This document shows positions 55,571-64,000 of a DNA stretch of 64,000 nucleotides, piece after piece. Each line of letters opens with the position of its first letter. The first letter of the stretch is position 1. Location of the stretch: NCBI RefSeq assembly GCF_009914755.1, contig NC_060926.1; one strand, given 5' to 3'. Position numbers and translations under genes: made by a program. The notes below the pieces were generated by a model. The model was not told the DNA's origin. It did not search any database and was given only the letters and a program-made list of their open reading frames with translations. The DNA comes from the human T2T-CHM13v2.0 reference genome, Homo sapiens.

Positions 55571-55666
55571 GCTGGCTTCTTTAAAAGACAATACAAATCT
55601 ATCCTACAAGAAGAAAACAGAAGAGACAGTTGGAGTTATATCAACAGTAAAAGCAATGATGATTAA
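55571..55666 (+). CDS. ITGA4: ITGA4 exon 28 coding part (AGFFKRQYKSILQEENRRDSWSYINSKSNDD*; cytoplasmic tail)
   Basis: tcag|GCT...TAA; GFFKR integrin-alpha motif; exon lengths sum to the recalled 1032-aa protein if exon 6 starts at codon 209. Confidence 0.98.
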   Translation, partial: AGFFKRQYKSILQEENRRDSWSYINSKSNDD

Positions 55667-56938
55667 GGACTTCTTTCAAATTGAGAGAATGGAAAACAGA
55701 CTCAGGTTGTAGTAAAGAAATTTAAAAGACACTGTTTACAAGAAAAAATGAATTTTGTTTGGACTTCTTTTACTCATGATCTTGTGACATATTATGTCTT
55801 CATGCAAGGGGAAAATCTCAGCAATGATTACTCTTTGAGATAGAAGAACTGCAAAGGTAATAATACAGCCAAAGATAATCTCTCAGCTTTTAAATGGGTA
55901 GAGAAACACTAAAGCATTCAATTTATTCAAGAAAAGTAAGCCCTTGAAGATATCTTGAAATGAAAGTATAACTGAGTTAAATTATACTGGAGAAGTCTTA
56001 GACTTGAAATACTACTTACCATATGTGCTTGCCTCAGTAAAATGAACCCCACTGGGTGGGCAGAGGTTCATTTCAAATACATCTTTGATACTTGTTCAAA
56101 ATATGTTCTTTAAAAATATAATTTTTTAGAGAGCTGTTCCCAAATTTTCTAACGAGTGGACCATTATCACTTTAAAGCCCTTTATTTATAATACATTTCC
56201 TACGGGCTGTGTTCCAACAACCATTTTTTTTCAGCAGACTATGAATATTATAGTATTATAGGCCAAACTGGCAAACTTCAGACTGAACATGTACACTGGT
56301 TTGAGCTTAGTGAAATGACTTCTGGATAATTATTTTTTTATAATTATGGATTTCACCATCTTTCTTTCTGTATATATACATGTGTTTTTATGTAGGTATA
56401 TATTTACCATTCTTCCTATCTATTCTTCCTATAACACACCTTTATCAAGCATACCCAGGAGTAATCTTCAAATCTTTTGTTATATTCTGAAACAAAAGAT
56501 TGTGAGTGTTGCACTTTACCTGATACACGCTGATTTAGAAAATACAGAAACCATACCTCACTAATAACTTTAAAATCAAAGCTGTGCAAAGACTAGGGGG
56601 CCTATACTTCATATGTATTATGTACTATGTAAAATATTGACTATCACACAACTATTTCCTTGGATGTAATTCTTTGTTACCCTTTACAAGTATAAGTGTT
56701 TACAAGTATAAGTGTTACCTTACATGGAAACGAAGAAACAAAATTCATAAATTTAAATTCATAAATTTAGCTGAAAGATACTGATTCAATTTGTATACAG
56801 TGAATATAAATGAGACGACAGCAAAATTTTCATGAAATGTAAAATATTTTTATAGTTTGTTCATACTATATGAGGTTCTATTTTAAATGACTTTCTGGAT
56901 TTTAAAAAATTTCTTTAAATACAATCATTTTTGTAATA

Positions 56939-56944
56939 TTTATT
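56939..56944 (-). terminator. Candidate CERKL polyadenylation signal
   Basis: TTTATT on + strand (AATAAA on -) ~1.4 kb past the CERKL stop; usage not provable from sequence. Confidence 0.35.
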
Positions 56945-58010
56945 TTATGCTTATGATCTAGATAATTGCAGAATATCATTTTATCTGACTCTGTCTTCAT
57001 AAGAGAGCTGTGGCCGAATTTTGAACATCTGTTATAGGGAGTGATCAAATTAGAAGGCAATGTGGAAAAACAATTCTGGGAAAGATTTCTTTATATGAAG
57101 TCCCTGCCACTAGCCAGCCATCCTAATTGATGAAAGTTATCTGTTCACAGGCCTGCAGTGATGGTGAGGAATGTTCTGAGATTTGCGAAGGCATTTGAGT
57201 AGTGAAATGTAAGCACAAAACCTCCTGAACCCAGAGTGTGTATACACAGGAATAAACTTTATGACATTTATGTATTTTTAAAAAACTTTGTATCGTTATA
57301 AAAAGGCTAGTCATTCTTTCAGGAGAACATCTAGGATCATAGATGAAAAATCAAGCCCCGATTTAGAACTGTCTTCTCCAGGATGGTCTCTAAGGAAATT
57401 TACATTTGGTTCTTTCCTACTCAGAACTACTCAGAAACAACTATATATTTCAGGTTATTTGAGCACAGTGAAAGCAGAGTACTATGGTTGTCCAACACAG
57501 GCCTCTCAGATACAAGGGGAACACAATTACATATTGGGCTAGATTTTGCCCAGTTCAAAATAGTATTTGTTATCAACTTACTTTGTTACTTGTATCATGA
57601 ATTTTAAAACCCTACCACTTTAAGAAGACAGGGATGGGTTATTCTTTTTTGGCAGGTAGGCTATATAACTATGTGATTTTGAAATTTAACTGCTCTGGAT
57701 TAGGGAGCAGTGAATCAAGGCAGACTTATGAAATCTGTATTATATTTGTAACAGAATATAGGAAATTTAACATAATTGATGAGCTCAAATCCTGAAAAAT
57801 GAAAGAATCCAAATTATTTCAGAATTATCTAGGTTAAATATTGATGTATTATGATGGTTGCAAAGTTTTTTTGTGTGTCCAATAAACACATTGTAAAAAA
57901 AAGAATTTGAATTGATATCTAAAAACAGAATTTGAATTGATATTTCATCTTGACTTTTAAAGCCCTAGAGGCTAATTGTTAGTAACATCAATTTCTATTA
58001 GGATATCCGT

Positions 58011-58266
58011 TTGGCCACACAGCAGGAGGTTAGAGCAATGGAGCATTACTGAGTTCCTCCCCCTGTCAGATCAGCAGCAGCATTAGATTCTCATAGAAGT
58101 GCGAACCATATGGTGAACTGGTATGTGAGGGATCTAGAGTGCCATGTTCCTCAAGAGAATCTAATGCCTGATGATCTGAGGTGGAACAGTTCATCCTGAA
58201 ACCATTCCCCCATCCACAGAAAAATTGTCTTCCATGAAACTGGTCCCAAAAAGGGTGGGGACCACA
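58011..58266. mobile_element. MER1B-like hAT relic within the overlapping ITGA4/CERKL 3'UTRs
   Basis: cctgtcagatcagcagcagcattagattctcatag...gagaatctaatgcctgatgatctgaggtggaacagtt...ccatgaaactggtccc. Confidence 0.85.
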
Positions 58267-58338
58267 GGTTTAAAGCATGGCCACATTTCTTTATATTAAA
58301 ATTCTAGTTTGTACATTTCTTTTAGAAACAATTACATG

Positions 58339-58399
58339 TTACTTTGGAATCATTTCTTCCATGCTTCCTCCATAAAGACTGATAAGTCTTGGATGCAAT
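58339..58399 (-). CDS. CERKL: CERKL last coding exon ((R)LHPRLISLYGGSMEEMIPK*)
   Basis: Minus strand ttacag|A TTG CAT CCA...AAG TAA; 61 bp; matches CERKL C-terminus. Confidence 0.95.
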
Positions 58400-59050
58400 C
58401 TGTAAAGAAAATACATTATTTCATCAACTTATTTTGTTGTTTTTCACATACACCTAATAAGTATGGTACACAATGCCAATGCCAAATACAAATTGATAAC
58501 AAACACAGCATTCCCAACAGAGCTGTAATCTAGAAAACTGAGAAGGTCTGATTGATAAATCATCAACAACAATAATTGCTCTAAAACCTCCTTAACTGAC
58601 TTCCTTGATTGTCCAATGCTCTCCATTACCTCTGTAAAACAGTCAGTTATCCCATGTCTAGTGGGCACCCCTGCATGCTTCTTCTAACCACTGAGTGTCA
58701 CAATGCCTACCAAGAATGCGTTTGCAGGTTCCTAAACCTGTTTATACCAGTTGCTATGTAAAATTGTTCCCAAGGGAAGTTGAATGCTCTGTAAAGGCCT
58801 AATAAAAGCAAATTACTGAACAAAACATGTTACAGTAATTATGAGTGAGAGGAAACTAAGATGGAAGGATAAAAATCTAACACTTTACTATTCAGATGGC
58901 TCCACTAAAAGATTTAAGATCTTGATCCATTTTTAAAAATCCAAAATGGAAGTTGTAGACATTATCTGTAGTTTATGCACAACAATAAATTAGAAAGCCA
59001 ATGTAGACACGCATAACCAAAGAAAATGCCTTGGGTCTACATAACAGTTG

Positions 59051-59056
59051 AATAAA
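59051..59056 (+). terminator. Candidate distal ITGA4 polyadenylation signal
   Basis: AATAAA followed by T-rich and GT-rich downstream sequence. Confidence 0.55.
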
Positions 59057-59234
59057 TGTAAAGTTGCTTTTTATTTATTGAAATTTGTGCATGTCTCTTT
59101 ATGCTTCCCTGATTTACTGATTTTTTAAAAACTAACCAACTGCCTGCTTTGATAGTTCAGAGAAGAGAGCTTTCGTTGTAATATTAGATTTATGTTTACT
59201 GGTTGACATATAAGCGGTGAAATAAATAGACTTA

Positions 59235-59408
<174 letters not shown>

Positions 59409-60511
59409 CTAAAAATAAATACAAATAATCATTATACTTGGTTTATCTCTAGCTACTAACGCGAATCAAAGTTCACTGAGCCCTCTCTCACAAGTAAATA
59501 TCAGCATGTATGCTGACATTTTAATAGCTTTGAGACTATGAACAGGGATCTCCAAGTTTTTTTGGAAGAAGGAATCTCTTATCCAAAGCCTTTTGGGTTC
59601 TTTTAGATCTAGCACCTAGAAATCTTGTTTTATGACAAATAGTACATATCTGTGAGAAGTTACATAAAATAGTGATACTGTAGATTTTTCAATTAAAGAT
59701 AATCTTTAATACTGGCCTGTAGATACAGAAGACATATAATCCATTATCAACTTGTCAATTAGTTTAGCTGACATAAAGCAAACTAGTACAAGTTTCACAC
59801 TTGGAATTTAATTTGGAAGAACGCAAGTCTAAACTTCTGAAGATAAAATGGGATGTATGTCTTCTTTTAAAAGAGAAAGCCAATCAAATATGGATTTTAA
59901 AAGGTGTTTGCCTGCCCCATTCCCACTTTAACAATGGACACAAGCTGCAAGATCACTGTTTACTTACCACTATAGAATGGTGCAAGGTAAACTTCAACTT
60001 GCGTTTTTTCTTGTTTGCCTAAGGAAACTATACTGAAAAAGCACTATGTATTTTCTGACATAATTAAGAAAATATAGCCAAATAACTTGAGCAGAAATGT
60101 ATAACTACTCATTTCAGTTTTCAGAAAAATGACATGAGATACATTCCTAATTAAACATCATCTACATAGTTTTTCCCCTTTTCCACATGTAAACCTCAAT
60201 GAAACATAGTTTTAAAAGTTGACAGAAAACTAATATTTTCCCCAACACCCATATTTTACATATGTAGATACCAAGGTCCAGCCAACTTTCCAGTTTATAC
60301 TGTAAACACAGTTAAACAGTAGATGATATGATGGCATCAGCTGTTGTGACTGAGGTACAGAATTAGAGGGCCCCAAGCAAAACTGTTTGACAGTAACTGC
60401 GTTAGACCTCCTACCTCGGGTATAAAGCCTTGGCTACATGCCTCATCCTTGTAGAATTATCTACATAATCATTCATGTTAGTTGATAATTCATTTAAAAC
60501 ACACAACTGCC

Positions 60512-60768
60512 TGTTATGATCTAAATTATATTTCCCTCCACCACCCCAACTATGTTCAAGTCCTAACCCCTGGTACCTGTGAATGTCCCCTGTTTAGAAA
60601 TAGGGTCTTTGCAGGTAGAATCAACTTAAGATGAAGTCATTAGGGCGGGCCCTAATCCAATATGACTGATGTCCTTATGAGAGAAGAATGCCAAGGATGG
60701 CAGAGTCAGAGACTGGAGGGATGCAGCTGTAAGCCAAGGAATGTCAAGAATTGACAGCCACCACCAGT
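60512..60768 (+). mobile_element. MaLR LTR (MLT1C/D-like), partial
   Basis: gtcctaacccctggtacctgtgaatgt..aatagggtctttgcag..gggccctaatccaatatgactg. Confidence 0.8.
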
Positions 60769-61177
60769 AAGTCTATTATCTTAAATCAGCAGTTGTCATG
60801 TGCACTCCTCACAAAATGAAGATCTAGCCATCCTTCAAATGCTTTAACTGTGAAGCCACAGACGCTGTTAAGTGGGACTTTCGGGAGCCAAGAGCTTAGT
60901 ATCCTGTGTGAGGGTATGTTTGGGGCACGGGGAGGAGAAGTAAACAGTTACAATTTTGATACAGGGGAGTGCCATGATGGTGCAAGTGTGGAGTTCAACG
61001 GAGGAAACAAGAGGAGGCAAACAGGCTATGGATGTTGGGAAAGCTTCCCATTTGAATTGAGCCTTAAAGAACATATAAGATTTAGCCTGGAGAAGAAAGT
61101 CTGGAGAGAGGAAGCATTTACAAAACTAGAGGCAAACCATGGTCAAGCAACTACACAGAATTCAGTGTGACTCCTAG

Positions 61178-61575
61178 GTGCTCAACATCATGCCCCTTGG
61201 CCCTCAAATTCCTGTATTGAAATCCTCGCTCTGTATACCTCAGAACATAACTATATTTGGAGATAAGATCTTTAAAGAGACGATTAAGCTAAAATGATGT
61301 CTTTAGGCCCTCATCCAATACGACTGGTGTCCTTATAAGAAGAGGAAATTTGGACATAGGAAAAGGCATCGGGGATGAACAGAGGAAAGACCACTCACTT
61401 GTGGGTGCTGTGAGAAAGCAGCCATGTGCCAGCCAGAGAGAGAAGACTCAGGACAAACCAAACCTGCTGACATTGTCTTGCAGCTCTAGCCTCCAGAACC
61501 ATGAAAGAAATACATTTCTGTTTGTTTAAGCCATCTTTTCTGTGGTATTTGTTATGGCAACCTTAGCCAATGAAT
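61178..61575 (+). mobile_element. MaLR LTR (MLT1A/B-like)
   Basis: gactggtgtccttataagaagaggaaatttggaca...tagcctccagaacc..aaatacatttctg..ggtatttgttatggca. Confidence 0.85.
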
Positions 61576-63847
61576 AAAATGCCAAAACACTGGGAATGTG
61601 GTGGAGGGTGGTAATAAGAGGTGGGGTTGCAACACAGGCAGGGACCTGGATACAAAGGCCACGTGTTCCAGACTGAGGATATTCCATATTATTCTGACAA
61701 CAAGAGAAAGGCACTGAAGAATTAAGCAGGAGAGAAATCCAATGTGTGTCTTAGAAAAAAGTTTCTCTAAAAAGAGGTATGGAAGACAAGACCAGAGAAC
61801 CTGAAGGCCAAAAGGAGGCTACTGTAAGCAAGAAAGGATTAAAGTTTGAATTAAGGTGAGGGAGAAATTTTAGAAACATTTAAGAGGAGACCAACAGAAC
61901 AAGTTAGGGGACTGGTAGTGAGGAATGAGGAAGAAGGAACAGTTCAGGGTAACCTGGATGGGTAGAAAGTGGTGCCATTGACCCGCACAGAGCAACGCAG
62001 AAGGAACAACTTTAGGGGAAAAGATAAGGTCGGCTGTAGACATGTTGGCCTCCAGATGCCGGTGAATTTCAGAACCTCTTCAGCATACAAGAAGACAGAG
62101 GTCCTGCAGATAAGACGAGATGACAGAACCCTTGGGAGTGCATGATGTTCAGACAGTTCAAAAGTGAGGGGCAATGAGGCCATCCAGGAGACGGCATCCT
62201 GAGAAGATGAGAGGGCTGCAAAGAAATCCTGGGGGAAGCACTCACATTTAAGGTTTTAAACTCCCTACCAAAAATGGTCACAATGAAAGAGAAAAGTGTG
62301 GACAGTGAGAAGGGGGGCAAAGCAATAGGATGGAGCTGCAAGGACTTTGAAGGGTAGTGTTCAGCCTCTATCTAATTTTACACAGAGATGGGGAAGGAAC
62401 AGGAGCCACTCCGCACATGGTGGTTTCAATCTATTTTACAGTGTTATACAGTAACATTCGCTTATTCAACCTGGTAAAAATGGTTCAGAGAAGCAGATGT
62501 TACTCTCCTTAAACTGAATTGCCACATTTTCCTTCCTGAATACCAGCACTGCTATGAATTATGCAGTAGACATGATTTTTACATAGATCTGATTTTCATA
62601 ATCTTACAAAATTTATATAAATTCACATTTTTAATGTCACCATGAAGGAAAGAGCCTAAATAAACACACCTGTGTGGATAATTAACAAATCAAATTAACA
62701 TTGCTTGAAAGCAGTCACCCTGGGAATCAATCTTTCTTACTATATACACTATGCAAAATATTTTAGAATTCTTTGCAAAAAAAAAAAAATAGCATGGATT
62801 TTAATTTTTGAAAGTTGATAAATAAATCAGAGTTAAGGCCAGTGAATCACACACAGGCAACTGTTTCTTGTGTCAAAAGCAAGATATGCCTCGTAGAGTA
62901 CATGAGAAAATATGATAAATCCTGCATAATATTATCTCTTAGAAAACGTCTTCCTATCGATACAGATTTTTATTATTTTCTGTATGTCTGTCTTTATGTG
63001 TAAGGTAACCATTGCTTTTAAAATCAGAAGAAAGGTATATTGATTTAAAAAAATGAAGAAGAAGAATGTTTACAAAAATTGCCTGAGAGACTTGCCCCAT
63101 AGGCAATTTCAAAAGAGACCTTCCATAAACAATTTGTGCAACATACACCTCCCCAAAATAAATACAGAACTTCTCAGGGGTACATTAATAGGTTAATACT
63201 ATTTAAGTTCTCAAATAGAGGTACATGAATGAGGTTAATACTTACTTTACTTCTCATTTATTTAATAAAAAAGGATTCGGAAAAAATTCTACCAAGGTAA
63301 TGACACTAATCTTGAGGAACATGGAATTTTGAGTGCTTTAAAATCATTTTCTTGTTTCTATTTTCTGACTTAAAAACAGCAATGAATATATAGTGCTTTG
63401 GGTTTTTTAAAAATTGGTTTTAATGTTTAGAAATTTATTAAAATGTGAAAGGGCATATATTCCTTTGAAAATCAATAAATCTCCATATTCCACCCAAACA
63501 CATACATAAAACTGTTATGTAGGCTCACAACCTACATTATACCTGCTGATCTACTTTGACATATAAAGAAAGTGGGACTGTAATTTTTTATGATTTAAGT
63601 TCCTAAGCAGCCCAGTTAGTTGTTCAATACATGAGGATCAAATAATGTTACTGACAGATCAAACTTCATGAAGATGGCCTAAGAAAGTTTTAAAATATAA
63701 TGAGGCAAAAATGGAGAGACTTGCTATGGCTAAGGTACATAAGCAAGGTTCAGCTGCCAGTCATTGGCTGGGTTTACTCTCCTCCTCCTCCCGTCTGTTA
63801 TCTCCCAACTCTATCCAAGCACCATTTTATACCTTTAAGAATGTGTG

Positions 63848-64000
63848 GGCCGGACGTGGTGGCTCACGCCTGTAATCCCAGCACTTTGGGAGGCCGAGGT
63901 GGACACATCACGAGGACAGGAGTTTCGAGACCAGCCTGACCAACATGGTGAAACCCTGTCTCTACCAAAAATATAAAAATTAGCTGGGCATGGAGGTGTG
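63848..64000 (+). mobile_element. Alu (cut by window end)
   Basis: ggccggacgtggtggctcacgcctgtaatcccagc... Confidence 0.95.

Larger units (their letters stand above)
55667..59080 (+). other. ITGA4: ITGA4 3'UTR (long form; end approximate)
   Basis: AT-rich sequence after the stop; AATAAA at 57251, 57881, 58801, 58984 and 59051; end inferred from the distal signal and recalled mRNA length. Confidence 0.7.

Noticed and set aside
58640-58665. Possible ~12-bp deletion relative to the reference 3'UTR after AGTCAGTTAT
   Set aside because: Rests only on uncertain memory of the reference; not demonstrable without alignment.
59409-64000. Further CERKL exons
   Set aside because: No minus-strand segment with CERKL-like translation and splice sites was found; the next exon probably lies beyond the window.

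Overview
This window is AT-rich mammalian genomic DNA, not prokaryotic. It is the human (or near-identical great-ape) ITGA4/CERKL locus. On the + strand I traced 23 consecutive ITGA4 (integrin alpha-4/CD49d) coding exons (6-28, from DLIVMGAPG to GFFKR...SNDD*). All have GT-AG junctions and consistent phases, and a ~3.4 kb 3'UTR follows. On the - strand lie the last two coding exons of CERKL, whose terminal exon sits inside the ITGA4 3'UTR. The introns carry Alu, L1, L2, MIR, DNA-transposon relics, MaLR LTRs and a solo HERV-E LTR2. Nearly all ORFs in the supplied track are spurious or repeat-derived. I found no new multi-gene system. The best leads are local: (1) a 16-bp 3'UTR duplication whose junction creates a miR-30 8-mer site; (2) candidate poison, cryptic or truncating splice and polyadenylation events; (3) a well-preserved LTR2 with HRE/E-box motifs; (4) an Alu-L1 chimera with a templated junction; (5) template-switch palindromes. 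Exon numbers, repeat subfamilies and allele comparisons rely on recalled references and need database confirmation. Repeat boundaries are approximate.
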